A stretch of 64,000 nucleotides of DNA from Mobula hypostoma (GCF_963921235.1 NC_086107.1:105464001-105528000), one strand, 5' to 3'; counted from the first letter of the stretch, positions 1-13,043 are shown. Translations and numbers: made by a program. The notes: a model not told the origin generated them from the letters alone.

Positions 1-2445
1 GTTATATAAAGCTGAGATGGCTTAGGTGATTCTGAACGTCAATGTGCAGCAGATCCTACGCACTTCAGTCCCCCACCAAGAAAGCATCAAGGCTCTCTGG
101 TTCTTTCTCGACAAAAGAACCGAACATTTCCCCTCCAGCACCACCCTCCTCTGTTGGTCCTCTTCCTCTGAATTTTTCCCTTCCGCTCCTCCCGCTTCCT
201 CCAGATGCGAGGGGTAGCCCACACGGGTCCCAGCTATGCCTCCCTGTTTGTCGGCTATGTAGATCAGCCCGCATTTTAAGCCTTCCCAGGCAATACTCCC
301 CAACTCTTCCTCCGCTACATTGACGACTGCATTGGCGCTGCTTCATGCACCTGTGCTGAGCTCGCCAATTTCGTCAACTTTGCCTCTAACTTCCACCCTG
401 CCCTTAAGCTCACTTGGTCCATTTCTGATACCTTTCTCCCTTTATCTCGAGCTCTCTGTCTCCATCTCTGGAGACAAACTGTCAACTGACATCTTTTATA
501 AACCTACTGATTCCCATGGCTACCTTGACTCTATACCACTACCCACCCTGTCCCCCTGTAAAAATGGCACTCCCTCTTCTCAATTCCTTCACCTCCACAT
601 CTATTCCCAGGACACAGCCTTCCTTTCCAAATGTCCTCCTTCTTCAAAGACTGAGCTTTTCCTTCCTCTACTATTGATAATGCCCTCGCCCGCATCCCCT
701 CCATTTCCTGAACATCTGCACTCACCCCATCTTCCCGTCACCTTATAGGCTGATTTATACTTCTGCACAGTAGCCTAAGCCGTAGCCTATGCAAGTGGCC
801 TACGCCGTTGTGAGCATTTATACTTGTGCGTTGGTGTGTCTGCATCGCTCTGCAATTCACCGCCAAAACACTAGTTGGCGGTGGGGATTCTATGCCACTG
901 CGTTGAGGTTCTTCGTGTTCAAACTCAGCACGAAGAAACTCAAACTTCAAACAATGGCAACTGAAACTGGAGGAGGATGAATTTTCTGTGGGCCACTGAG
1001 AGACATAGACGAGGAAGAGCATTTCAAATATTTTCGGATGTCGGCAGGTAGATTTGATGATTTGGTTCATCGTCTCCAACCATTTATTTCGCATCAGTGT
1101 ACGCACAGTATACTCAGAGACTGGCAATCTCCATTCGAGTTTTAGCTTCAGGTGGAAGTCAACAGGCTGTAGCAGCTAGCTACAAACTGGCGTCAAGCAC
1201 AGGGTCCTCCATAATTTCGGAGGTCTGTAAAGCTTTATGGAAAGCATTGCGGCCAGAGTTCCTTCCCTGCCCTTCAGTCAACCAATGGGAAGCTACTGCA
1301 GCGTAGGAGGAAATGCGATGCTACCAAGCGGACCAATCACAGTTGTTGCGGTCTGCGTCGCCACGATGCATAGTTACATTTTTGGGGAGGTGCGCGTCAG
1401 GCTACTGCGTAGGGTACGTAGCTACCTATGGCGTAGATTTGATGCAGAAGTATAAATTGGCCTTAACAGTGATAGTTCCTCTTGTCCTCGTCTACCACCC
1501 CATGAGCCTTTGCATCCAACACATCATTCTGTGTAACTTCCACCATCTCCAAAGAGATATTTACCTCCCCTCCTGCTCCGCTTTCCCTTGGGATAGCTCC
1601 CTCCGTAATTCCCTTTTCCATTCGTTCTCTCCCCCACCCCCACAAATCTCCCACCCAGCACTTATCCCTGCCAGTGGCCCAAGTGCTACACCTGCCCATT
1701 CACCTCCTCCCTCCCCTCCATTCAGGGCCCCAAACAGTCCTTCCAGGCGAGGCAACACCTCACCTGCGAATCTGCTGGGATCGTGCTCGCGAGGCAGCCT
1801 GCTCTACGTTGGAGAGACCCGTCGTAAACTGGGGAGGGGGGGGCTGCTTCAGCGGGTGCCTCCGCTTCATCCACCCAAAGCAGAACTTCCCGGTGGCCAA
1901 ACATTCCCATTCCCGTTCCCATTCTGACATGTCAGTCCACAGCCTCCTCTTGTGCCAAGATGAGGCCACCCTCAGGGTGGAGGGGCAACACCTTATATCC
2001 CGTCTGGGTGGCCTCCAACCTGATGGCATGAACATCGATTTCTCCTTCCAGTGATTTTTTCTCCTTCCTCCCCCCACCCTTTCTATTCTCCACTCTGGCC
2101 TTTCACCTCTTCAAACCTGCCCATCACTTCCCCCTGGGTCCCCTCTTCCTTCCCTTTCTCCCGTGGTCCACTCTCCTCTATCAGATTCCTTTCTCTCCAG
2201 CCCATTACCATTTGCATCCACCTAGCTTCACCCATCATCTTCCTGCTAGCCTCTTCCCCCCCCCCAACCCACCCAACCTGCTTATTCTGCTGTCTTTCCC
2301 CCTTCCTTTTCAGCCTTGAAAAAAAGGTCTCGGCCCACGGCTTCGACTGTTTATTCGTCTTGCTATTTGCTGCCTGGCCTGCTGAGATCTTCCAGCATTT
2401 TATATGTGTTGCTTTGAATTTCCAGCATCTGCAGACTTTCTTATG
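1..2445 (+). mobile_element. Penelope-like retroelement remnant (RT, GIY-YIG endonuclease, 3' pLTR), split by a Harbinger insertion
   Basis: Frameshifted RT motifs GPSYASLFVGYV and LFLRYIDDCIG; GIY-YIG-like LLYVGETRRKLG; decayed hammerhead motif near 2311-2350. Confidence 0.85.
747..1463 (+). mobile_element. Non-autonomous PIF/Harbinger DNA transposon
   Basis: TIRs AGGCTGATTTATACTTCTGC / GCAGAAGTATAAATTGGCCT; flanks TAT/TAA; transposase remnants [14 protein letters not shown] and [15 protein letters not shown]...[12 protein letters not shown]. Confidence 0.85.
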
Positions 2446-2474
2446 TTTAAGGTACAATGAATGACAGGGAACAA

Positions 2475-3490
2475 TATCCACATAGAAAATCAGGACCGAC
2501 AAGATCGGCACCCCACTAGAGGTGGAGCTGAGGTGGCTCACGTAGTCCCCTCCCTGCCACTCCAGGAGCCAAGTGGACTCGTCTCCCAGGATGGTATGAA
2601 TTTCCTGCAGGAAAATCATTGCATTTCTCCTGACTCCAAACCTTCAGAGAGGACCCCAGCTGCCGTTCACATTAAGACGAGCCATGGTGAGCTTCCTGTC
2701 AGGTGTGCCCCAGGCCTCGGCACCAGTGCCCTTCCTGGTGAGAGCAGAGCTGGTGCTCTTCACCCTACGAAGAGCAAGACTTGAGTGTCGCCAGAACTAT
2801 CTCGTGCCCCGCTATCCCCTGAAGCAGTGGCCCCCAACCTCTGGGCCGCAAAGCACCCAGCACATCTTTTAGAAAAAAGCCGAAATAAACAAGCTAAATA
2901 ATTAGGTGCCACCTGGCACGTAATTAATTAGCTTGATTATTTCGGCTTGTTTCTTACAGATGTGCTGGGTACGTCCCGGCTACCGCTGCACCGCTGCATG
3001 CTTCGCGGCCCGGAGGTTGGGGACCACCGCCCTGAAGGAGTGAGGCTGATTCTCGCGCAGATTTCTCTCACCAGGTCAGCCAGGAAGGTTTTAAGCTGTC
3101 GCCTATCATTCCTGGTCACAGCCCTCCTATTCCATCTGGGAACGAGACACAAAGACCTCACCAGCCTTGGCTTTCTGGACCAGCATAGGAAGACTAGTTT
3201 CAGCCTAAGCCTCGACCCTCAGAGGGGAGAATAAATTCTCTGAATTCGTCAACGTATCAGCGGGACTTCTTGGGAGGGCTGAGGATGCCTCACTGCCAAG
3301 CCTGTTATCTCCTCCTCCATCACTACACCTACAGCCCCCATCTTCCTCAAGTCTACCAGCAGATGGCCGTACTTCTAATCCACATGACGCAGCAGGTACC
3401 CGCTGTCTCCATCTCAGACCTACCCCGGGAAAAATGACACGGGCGTCGACCCCGAACTATCTTGGGAACTGAGGGTTGATAGGTTTGGCA
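2475..3490 (-). mobile_element. Tx1-clade (L1 group) LINE fragment, ORF1 end and ORF2 endonuclease start
   Basis: Minus strand reads KLTMARLNVNGS then IFLQEIHTILGDESTWLLEWQGGDYVSHLSSTSSGVPIL, typical of the APE N-terminus. Confidence 0.75.
2825..3029. mobile_element. hAT-type MITE
   Basis: TIRs CAGTGGCCCCCAACCTC / GAGGTTGGGGACCACCG; perfect 8-bp TSD CCCTGAAG (2817-2824, 3030-3037). Confidence 0.9.
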
Positions 3491-4845
3491 CGGTGAGTGT
3501 TATCTCTCGTCTCAAGCGTCTTGGGTCCCAGACCACCAGGTTCAGGAAAAGCTGTTGCCCTACAACCATTAGGCTCCTGGACTGATGTGGAGGGTTTCAC
3601 TTGCCTCAGTACTTAGCCCACTCCACAGCCTGTTTCCAGGTGTGGTTTTTCATGGATTCTATTGTATTTCTCTATTTTCCTGTAGGCGCCTGAAAAAAAA
3701 AAGAATCTCAAGGCTATATTTGGTATATATACTTCGATAGGATTGTAGGCCATTCTCAGGGTAGAGCAGCAACACCTCAGAATCCATCTAGGTAGCCTCC
3801 AACATGGTGGCATGAACACAGATTTCTCCTTCTGGTATTTTTTCCTTCTTTTCTTTTCCCCTCCTTGGCCTCTTATCTCTGCCTGTCACCTCCCCCTGGT
3901 GCCCCTCCATCTTCCCTCTCTCCCATGGTCTACTCTCCTCTCCCATCGGATTTCTTCTTCTCCAGTCCTTTGCCTTTCCCACCCATCACCTTCCAGTGAG
4001 TCCTACTCTCCCTCCCACACCTTTTTATTCCAGCGTCCTCCCCCTCCCTTTCTCGGCCCGGAACATTTATTCACTTCCATCGCTGCTGCCTGACCTGCTG
4101 AGTTCCTCCAGCTGCTCGTGCCCGTTACTTCGATAATAAATTTACTTTTGAACTTTTTGAGTTTTTAAACAGGCCCAGGCTGATCCTGGCCTAGCCAGGT
4201 GGCCAAGAAAGCACCCCAACACCACCATCTCCTCAGAAGGCAAGGAAATTCAACATGACTCCTATCATTTTCCATAGATGTCAAAGTCAAGGTAAAATTT
4301 TATTCCAAAGTACATACATATCACCACATCCTATCTCAAGATTCATTTTTTGCAGGCATTTACAGGAAAATAGATATATTAGAATTTAAGAAAAACTATA
4401 AAGACTGGCAACAAACTACATGTAAATAAATAATACTGAGAACACAAGTTAGAATCCTTGAAAGTGAGTCCGTAGGGTTGTGGAATCAGTTCAGTGATGA
4501 GGTGAGTGAAGTTATCCACACTGGTTCAGGAGCCTGATGGTTGAAGGGAAATACTCTAACTGTTCCTGAACCTGGTGGAGGCCCTCTGTCTCCTGCCAGT
4601 TGGTAGCATGAAGAGAGCATGGGGGTCCTTGATCACTGATGCACCACAGAAAGCATCCTATCATGCATCTGCCCATCTGCAAGAACCTGCAGAGTTGTGA
4701 TCGAAGAAGCCCCCCCCCCCCAGTCTATCACACAAAACCAGCCTTTCCTGCACCGAGTGGACCCATGCTTCTGGGAAAGCAGCTAACGTAACCAATGACC
4801 TTTAAAAAAAAGCATGAGAGAGCAAACCACCAGAAAGAAGGACAA

Positions 4846-5046
4846 GCAGCACGCATCAACGTTGCTGGTGAACGCAGCAGGCCAGGCAGCATCTCTAGGA
4901 AGAGGTACAGTCAGGACGAAGGGCCTCGGCCCGGAAACGTCGACTGTACCTCTTCCTAGAGATGCTGCCTGGCCTGCTGCGTTCACCAGCAACTCTGATG
5001 TGTGTTGCTTGAATTTCCAGCACCTGCAGAATTCCTCGTGTCTGCG
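4846..5046. mobile_element. Penelope-derived fold-back mini-element around a damaged hammerhead motif
   Basis: ~60-bp inverted arms around GACGAAGGGCCTCGGCCCGGAAACGTC; 14-bp TSD AGAAAGAAGGACAA / AGAAACAAGGACAA. Confidence 0.8.
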
Positions 5047-5349
5047 AGAAACAAGGACAACTTCAGCCCACGCTGTTACCAGACCCCGTAAGGGTCCTCC
5101 GACACACTCAACTTGATCTCCCTCCCAATCTAGCTAGGAATAACCCGTACACTTCTGTCTCCCCGTACCGTAACATTTCGGTTCCCTCTTTGGCTAACCC
5201 GATGTAATTATGTTTAAAATGTCCTATGTGAGCGGCGCTTTTCAATGCGCTCGTTACGGTGATGATAACCCCTTACTAAAAACGAAACTTAAAAAAGATT
5301 CCCGAATCGAAAGTGAAAGAGGCGCACTTACACATCATTATAATAATAG

Positions 5350-5960
5350 GGAACTAACCCCCCCCCGGCCGCCACACCTTAAATTAAATTGCAAACTTTT
5401 TTTCAAATCAGCGAGCTTCAGGGGAACCCCGGGAGCTCACCGAGAACGGAAAGGCCTCGGTCACCCGCACTGAGCGAGCCGGCGAGCTCGAATTGTAGCA
5501 GGCGCTCCCGCAACCGCAGCGACAGCCCACGCTCCGTCAGCAGATAAGGAGAAACCCCTCCAGCAACCGAACCCCATCATCCGGCCGCCGGGGATGTCCC
5601 CCCGCCGCTCCCCGGATCCTCACCTGAGCAGCTCCTCGGGAGACCTCGCCTTCGCTCCGGCTCCGAAACGACAGGGCGCTCGACCGGGAGGGCAAGGGGG
5701 AGGAGAGAAATGCTAACCCCTCCCGGTGGCCTTTGTCTCTGTTACTCGCCCCGTGCAATCCCAGTTCTGTTGGCTCGGCAGGGAAAGGGGGACGATCTCG
5801 GCCGGTACAGCCGCGCACGAAACAGCCTCTTCCCGTTTCACCCAATCCGAGTTGAAAAATAACAGGTCAATTAAAAATTGCTTTTTCTCTCTCGTTCCGT
5901 GCGAATGATGACTCGCACCTATCCGGAGGAAGGGGCATTACCGCCACCTACTGTAATGGA
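5350..5960 (-). promoter_or_regulatory. CpG-rich island, probable promoter/first exon of an unidentified minus-strand gene
   Basis: Non-repetitive GC/CpG-rich block; minus-strand donor CAG|GTGAGG with the exon ending at 5624; CTCF-like CAGTAGGTGGCGGTA (minus, 5939-5953). Confidence 0.5.
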
Positions 5961-6339
5961 GTATGACAGGGATCAGAACTAATAAAAAAGTTCACCACCT
6001 ACGACTTAATTTAGGTGCCCGCAAAACTGGGCACCCCAGATCTACCCAGTGATTGCCTAATCAGCTTCCCATGTTCCAACTAAAATCTAAACACGAGGAA
6101 TTCTGCAGGTGCTGGAAATTCAAGCAACACAGATCAAAGTTGCTGGTGAACGCAGCAGGCCGGGCAGCATCTCTAGGAAGAGGTGCAGTCGACGTTTCGG
6201 GCCGAGACCCTTCCTAGAGATGCTGCCTGGCCTGCTATGATCACATGTTCCGTCTCTGGGGCCTGACAAATGCATATTCCCATGCATAGCAACAAGTGCC
6301 AACGTGGAGTGCACACCCGTATGTCCAAACACAAACAAG

Positions 6340-7765
6340 GGCAAATCTGCGGACGCTGGAAATCCGAGCAACACACACAAAAAGTGCTGGAGGAACTCAG
6401 CAGGCCGGACAGCATCTCTGGAAAAGAGTACACGGTCGACATTTCAGGCTGGGATCCTTCATCAGGACAGGGAAAAAAAAAGATGAGGGAGGGGTCAGAT
6501 TTAGAAAGTGGGGGAGGGGGAAGGGAAGTAAGGACCACAGGGTGATGGGTGAAACCCGCAGATGAGGGTGGGAAGAGGTGAAGCAAAGAGCTGGGAAGTT
6601 GATTGGTGAAAGAGATACAGGGCTGGAGAAGGGGGGAATCTGATGGTCAAGGAAGAAAGAAAAGGGGGAGGAGCACCAGAGGAAGATGATGGGCAGGTAG
6701 GGAGATAAGATGAGAGAGGGAAATGGTATTGGGGAAAGATGAGGGGGGTGGCATTATCAGAAGTTCGAGAAATCGATGTTCATCCCATCAGGTTGGAGGC
6801 TACCCAGACAGAATATAAGGTGTTGCTCCTCCACCCTGAGTGTGGCCTCAACACAACAGTAGAGGAGGCCATGGACTGACATGTTGGAGTCGGAATGAGA
6901 AGTGGACTTAAAATGCCTGGTTTAGAGAGTATGCATTATGATCAGAGATTAAGGGAGCGAGGGCTTTACTGTCTGGAGAGAAGGAGGATGAGAGGAGACA
7001 TGATAGAGGTGTACAAGATAATAAGAGGAATAGATAGAGTGGATAGCCAGCGCCTCTTCCCCAGGGCACCACTGCTCAATACAAGAGGACATGGCTTTAA
7101 GGTAAGGGGTGGGAAGTTCAAGGGGGATATTAGAGGAAGGTTTTTTACTCAAGAGAGTGGTTGGTGCGTGGAATGCACTGCCTGAGTCAGTGGTGGAGGC
7201 AGATACACTCGTGAAGTTTAAGAGACTACTAGACAGGTATATGGAGGAATTTAAGGTGGGGAGTTATATGGAGGCAGGGTTTAAGGGTTGGCACAGCATT
7301 ATGGGCGGACGGGCCAGTACTGTGCTGTACTATTCTATGTTCTATGTTCTAAAGTGGATGGCCACTGGGAGATCCCACTTTTTCAGGTGGATGGAGTGTA
7401 GGTGCTCGGTGAAGCAGTCTCCCAATCTACGTTGGGTCTCACTGATATATAGAAAGCCACACTGGGAGCACCAGATACAGTAGATGACCTCAACAGACTC
7501 ACAGGTGAAGTGCCGCCTCACCTGGAAGGACTGTTTGGGGCCCTGAGTGGTAGTGAGGGGGGAGGTGTAGGGGCAAGTGTAGCACTTGTTCCGCTTGCAT
7601 GGATAAGTGCCAGGAGGGAGATCAGTGGGGAGAGACAAATAGACAAGGGAGTCACGTAGGGAGTGACCCTTGCAGAAAGGAGAAAGTGTGGGGGGGTGGG
7701 AAAGGAGAGATTGTGCTTGGTGGTGGGATCTACGGAGAACTATATGCTGGACGTCAAACCTCAGT
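6340..7765 (-). mobile_element. Penelope-like element 3' part (GIY-YIG domain and pLTR), interrupted by a CR1 3' fragment
   Basis: ORF 7342..7881 contains VIYCIWCSQCGFLYISETQRRLGDCFTEHL (GIY-YIG); hammerhead-like motif on minus strand at ~6435-6470. Confidence 0.85.
6911..7350 (+). mobile_element. CR1 LINE 3' fragment
   Basis: [23 protein letters not shown]...TRGHGFKV...RVVGAWNALP (CR1 ORF2 C-terminus) and (TTCTATG)n tail. Confidence 0.9.
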
Positions 7766-8360
7766 CTCGCCAACCACATATTTTCTCTCATATTCCTTCC
7801 AAAACATGCCTCCCCTGGACTGATGGAAACAAATAGTAATACCGTCTTCCTGTCCCACTCCCATCCCACAATTTCTGCCATTTCCCTACCCCAGTCAACC
7901 TAATACAAGGTCTGGCTTCATACTCTCCCATATTAACTATAACCACCTACCTCAGACTTAGTAAGTGCCTATTTTGCTATAACTTCTGCCTTTTCATTAC
8001 CCAATACACCCACATGTAGTAGTACCCAACAAAACTGTACGATTATTCCCTGTGGATGGATCAATTCAATAATTATGCATTCGGAATTCTCTGGAGAAGT
8101 CTAAACCCTCCTTCACAATGGTGGCATACTCTCCCCCCACCCCCACAGCTGGAAGTTGATCATATCTCGCATCCTCATAACCCGGATTCTTAAACAATAC
8201 ATGTGATCACAACCAAGCTTCTTGGACACAGATAACACTCAAGGGAACACCAAAACCTAAAACTTATGATTTAAGTTCTTGTCCATTGGCTAACAGAGTT
8301 CTCTCACTGCAGTGAAGAACTGAGTTGATCGGAAAAGATCAATGTGTAGCACCCTGTGTA

Positions 8361-10518
8361 CAATCACCCTCCACCAGCAGCCCATTCCTTCTGAAATCAT
8401 TCCCCAAATCACCCTCCACCACCAGCCCATTCCTTCTGATATCATTCCCCAAATCACCCTCCACCACCAGCCCATTCCCTCTACTATCAATCCCCAAATC
8501 ACCATCCACCACCAGCCCATTCACTATCATTCCCCAAATCACCCTCCACCACCAGCCCATTCCCTCTACTCATTCCCGAAATCACCCTCTACCACCAGCC
8601 CATTCCCTCTACTATCATTCCCCAAATCACCCTCCACCACCAGCCCATTCCCTCTACTATCATTCCCCAAATCACCCTCCACCACCAGCCCATTCCCTCC
8701 ACTATCATTCCCCAAACACCCTCCACCACCGGCCCATTCCCTCTACTATCATTCCCCAAATCACCCTCCACCACCAGCCCATTCCTTCTACTATCATTCC
8801 CCAAATCACCCTCCACCACCAGCCCATTCACTATCATTCCCCAAATCACCCTCCACCACCAGCCCATTCACTATCATTCCCCAAATCACCCTCCACCACC
8901 AGCCCATTCCCTCTACTATCAATCCCCAAATCACCCTCCACCACCAGCCCATTCCCTCTACTATCATTCCCCAAATCACCCTCCACCACCAGCCCATTTC
9001 CTCTACTATCAATCCCCAAATCACCTTCCACCACCAGCCCATTCACTATCATTCCCCAAATCACCCTCCACCACCAGCCCATTCCCTCTACTATCATTCC
9101 CCAAATCACCCTCCACCACCAGCCCATTCCCTCTACTATCATTCCCCAAATCACCCCAGCCCATTCCCTCTACTATCATTCCCCAAATCACCCTCCACCA
9201 CCAGCCCATTCCCTCTACTATCATTCCCCAAATCACCCCAGCCCATTCCCTCTACTATCATTCCCCAAATCACCCTCCACCACCAGCCCATTCCCTCTAC
9301 TATCATTCCCCAAATCACCCTCCACAACCAGCCCATTCACTATCATTCCCCAAATCACCCTCCACCACTAGCCCATTCCCTCTACTATCATTCCCCAAAT
9401 CGCCCTCCACCACCAGCCCATTCCCTCTACTATCATTCCCCAAATCACCCCAGCCCATTCCCTCTACTATCATTCCCCAAATCACCCTCCACCACCAGCC
9501 CATTCCCTCTACTATCATTCCCCAAATCATCCTCCACCACCAGCCCATTCCCTCTACTATCATTCCCCAAATCATCCTCCACCACCAGCCCATTCCCTCT
9601 ACTATCATTCCCCAAACACCCTCCACCACCAGCCCATTCCCTCTACTATCATTCCCCAAATCACCCTCTACCACCAGCCCATTCCCTCTACTATCATTCC
9701 CCAAATCACCCCAGCCCATTCCCTCTACTATCATTCCCCAAATCACCCTCCACCACCAGCCCATTCCCTCTACTATCATTCCCCAAATCACCCCAGCCCA
9801 TTCCCTCTACTATCATTCCCCAAATCACCCTCCACCACCAGCCCATTCCCTCTACTATCATTCCCCAAATCACCCTCTACCACCAGCCCATTCCCTCTAC
9901 TATCATTCCCCAAATCACCCTCCACCACCAGCCCATTCCCTCTACTATCAATCCCCAAATCATCCTCCACCACCAGCCCATTCCCTCTACTATCATTCCC
10001 CAAATCACCCCAGCCCATTCCCTCTACTATCATTCCCCAAATCACCCTCCACCACCAGCCCATTCCCTCTACTATCATTCCCCAAACACCCTCCACCACC
10101 AGCCCATTCCCTCTACTATCATTCCCCAAATCACCCTCCACCACCAGCCCATTCCCTCTACTATCATTCCCCAAACACCCTCCACCACCAGCCCATTCCT
10201 TCTACTATCATTCCCCAAATCACCCTCCACCACCAGCCCATTCCCTCTACTATCATTCCCCAAATCACCCTCCACCACCAGCCCATTCACTGTCATTCCC
10301 CAAATCACCCTCCACCACCAGCCCATTCACTGTCATTCCCCAAATCACCCTCCACCACCAGCCCATTCACTGTCATTCCCCAAATCACCCTCCACCACCA
10401 GCCCATTCCCTCTACTATCAATCCCCAAATCACCCTCCACCGCCAGCCCACTCCCTCTACTATCGTTCCCCAAATCACCCTCCACCACCAGCCCATTCCC
10501 TCTACTATCATTCCCCAA
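8361..10518. repeat. Minisatellite, 45-bp unit CCCCAAATCACCCTCCACCACCAGCCCATTCCCTCTACTATCATT with shorter deletion variants, roughly 50 copies
   Basis: Directly visible tandem array with strong C/G strand skew. Confidence 0.97.
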
Positions 10519-10827
10519 TGTATTTCATATAACGCTTTTCCTGTAATTGCCAGTAATCCCAAAAACTTTGATGCCACATCCGCCACTGATCTGTGTCCCA
10601 CCTGCACTGTTCCATTAACTGCACTGTATAGAAACACAAGAAAATCTATTTTGTTTAAGAATCAATACCTCGCTGGAAGTCTTAGCTCCTGACACTCCTC
10701 ATTCTGAAACACTGTAAATGCCTGTTTTAACCCCACACCTGTCAGATATAGAAGAATCAAATTTTCTTGCAGCTTCAGCTAGGAAGTATTAGGCACTATT
10801 GTTACCTTCTGAATTTCCCAGGTCTTT

Positions 10828-11095
10828 TGGCTCAGTAGCATAGTGGTTAGAAGAACACTTTACAGTTCTGGCGACCGGGGTTCAGGTCCTGCCACTGCCT
10901 GTAAGGGGATTGTAAGTTCTCCCCATGACTGCGTGGGTTTCCTCTGGGTGCTCTGGCTTCCTCCCACAGTCCAAGTAGGTTAATTGTAAATTGTCCCGCG
11001 ATTAGGCTAGGGTTAAATTGGGGGTTGCTGGACAGCACGGATCGAAGGGTCTGAATGGCCTTCTCCACACTGTATCTCTATAAATAAATAACACA
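10828..11095 (+). mobile_element. tRNA-derived V-SINE (HE1-like); related copies at ~17066, ~44876, ~52350(-), ~60118, ~63547
   Basis: A/B-box-like head (TAGTGGTTAG...GGTTCAGGTCC) and core GACTGCGTGGGTTTCCTCTGGGTGCTCTGGCTTCCTCCCACAGTCCAA repeated across the window. Confidence 0.8.
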
Positions 11096-11572
11096 GGGCC
11101 CCCTAAATAAGCTGCACCATGAGCACCCCAACAGTTGCGGCAAGCTGCCTCAGTGCCAACTTCACAATTCCCGTAATCGTGTTCACCTCCACATCTTGCA
11201 CCTCGCAATTCCTCCCCGCGAGATGCAGCAACGTGCCCGGTTCGTTGGCACTTGAAACGCCGCAATGGTGGAGGGTCATACATTCTGACAGAATAACTAA
11301 TTCAGCCTAAGTAAACTTTTGATGGGAGCAATTCAGCAGAAAAACACAACAGAACAGACAAACGATCGCATTTTTTCCCTTTTCTCCAAGTCTGTAATCA
11401 CTTAGCGGAATCTAGCTTACCCCCTCTCAAATTGTCCGTAATATTTTCCATAGATACACACAAAGGGGCTCCTGAAATAACACTCTGAAGCTTCCTTTCT
11501 CCCCCTACCGATCTACTAATAATTTTACTCCCATCTAGAGTCGTCATTTTCAATATTTTCTCCTGTTGCTTT

Positions 11573-11983
11573 TGTGGTAAAGTGAGCAAAGTCACCAGAG
11601 AGACACAGCTAGCAGATATAAAAGTAGTCTTTTATTCAACAAAGTGAGACACTCCAGAGGAAGAGGCATCTTCGACCCAATATTACATGACATTTTATAA
11701 GCTAAAGGTCAAAGGACAATTTTACAGTTACAATGTATCTACAATGCTTCCTTTGAATTAGATGTAATTTTCACACCTCCCTTCTTCACACCCACACTCC
11801 AGACACCCAAAATGAATGTGAATCAGCATCGTCTGGTTTTTAATTGACCAATGTCCACAGGTCCACGAAGCTATTGTCCATGGTTGCATTTTAAATTTAA
11901 TCTACAATCCACATTCAGGTCTAAAGGTTGGCTGCTGAAGTTAATGCTTGCTGTATACCCTAATTCCAGAATATGCCCAAACA
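11573..11983 (-). mobile_element. Probable solo LTR inside the Nimb ORF1
   Basis: TGT...ACA ends; flanks CTTT/GTTT; TTTATT near 11631; the Nimb ORF1 peptide resumes on both sides. Confidence 0.5.
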
Positions 11984-12411
11984 GTTTTAAATCAGCACAT
12001 GTAATCAACACCCTACCTTTGCTAAGACTTGTTGCTGACTTGACTTTACCAAAATCCTTCTGAATAGCTTCCCCATCAATCTAACTGGATGAAGATGTTA
12101 ATGAGAATCAGATATGAAAGTTATCATTACCTTGGAGTCAACATCATCTTCCACCCTGGTCCTAATGCCCTTCACCATGTGACCCTCCTCATCTGAACCC
12201 ATTCCCTCTCCCCAACTCATTTTCCTTCTATTTCTCCCAAAATTCCATTCTATAGCATCACTTAACTCCCCATCTGAACTTCCTGCCATAGGCTCCCCTC
12301 AGTTACATTACAGGTGGTGCAAACTGCCAGCGGTCTCTTCCGGCCAATAGCTCAAGTAGTGGGTCTGTTAAGAATTACACCTCTCTTCCACCTTCTTTTC
12401 TCCATTGCTTA

Positions 12412-13034
12412 TGTAAGGGGTTTCTTCTTTTATGTTACTGCGTATGTTAATCAAAATGGCTTCTTTGTTATGTTATAGTTAAAATGGCTTCTTTGTTATG
12501 TTAAAATGCTGAGAAAGTTCTCTCGCTAGCAGCTTGTTTGGGTTATATTATCGATAAGAGAGCGAATGAACCAATGGGTGTCCATGTTATTCTTTTTTGG
12601 GGTGAAATTCTGTCTCATATGGCTGGGAAACGATGTTTTTGGCGGGCTTTTGGAGGAGAGACTGGGAGTAAGACGGACGTGCTGGAAGCGCTGTGGTCAA
12701 TCACCTTGGGTGTTCCCGAGCGGCGAGTCGAGGGGGTCGGAGTGGATCGCAGGGGGAAGAGAGAAGACCCGGGTATTTGAGCTCCAACTGTGTGTGCACG
12801 AAGAAATTGAACTTTGATAAGTCTGGCGCCTTTTTCTTTTCCTTTTATATTGTATCTCTATTAATCTCACAGTCCTAGTAAGATTTATAAAGTGTAATCT
12901 GTAAATTGTACATCGTGTGCTGTCTGATGTTTAAGGTCGAATCAGGTGGCATTGCACAGCAACTGGGAGACACGGTTGGGTGGCGGACGGGGTTTCCCCT
13001 AGATAAATACGAGCCGATATAGCTGAGCGTTACA
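12412..13034. mobile_element. Solo LTR
   Basis: TGTAA...TTACA inverted ends and perfect 4-bp TSD CTTA. Confidence 0.8.
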
Positions 13035-13043
13035 CTTAAATAA

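Larger units (their letters stand above)
7765..12410 (-). mobile_element. Degenerate, internally deleted I-group (Nimb-like) LINE interrupted by a minisatellite, a SINE and a solo LTR
   Basis: ORF1 zinc-knuckle remnants (PPPLRRFKCQRTGH, CGGEHDYGNC, CRNCWGAH; 11100-11283); ORF2 start RTLLANGQELK (~8270-8312); ORF2 C-terminal WQKLWD...LARLRF (~7760-7885). Confidence 0.7.

Noticed and set aside
5537..5845. 102-aa minus-strand ORF in the CpG island as a coding exon
   Set aside because: Non-ATG start, no recognisable similarity, and open frames are expected in GC-rich DNA.
8361..10518. CRISPR-like regular repeat
   Set aside because: Units are directly adjacent with no unique spacers, there are no cas genes, and the context is eukaryotic.
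8342..10546. 734-aa and 348-aa ORFs in the ORF track
   Set aside because: Artefacts of a stop-poor C-rich minisatellite. The frame shifts between unit variants and there are no domain-like features.
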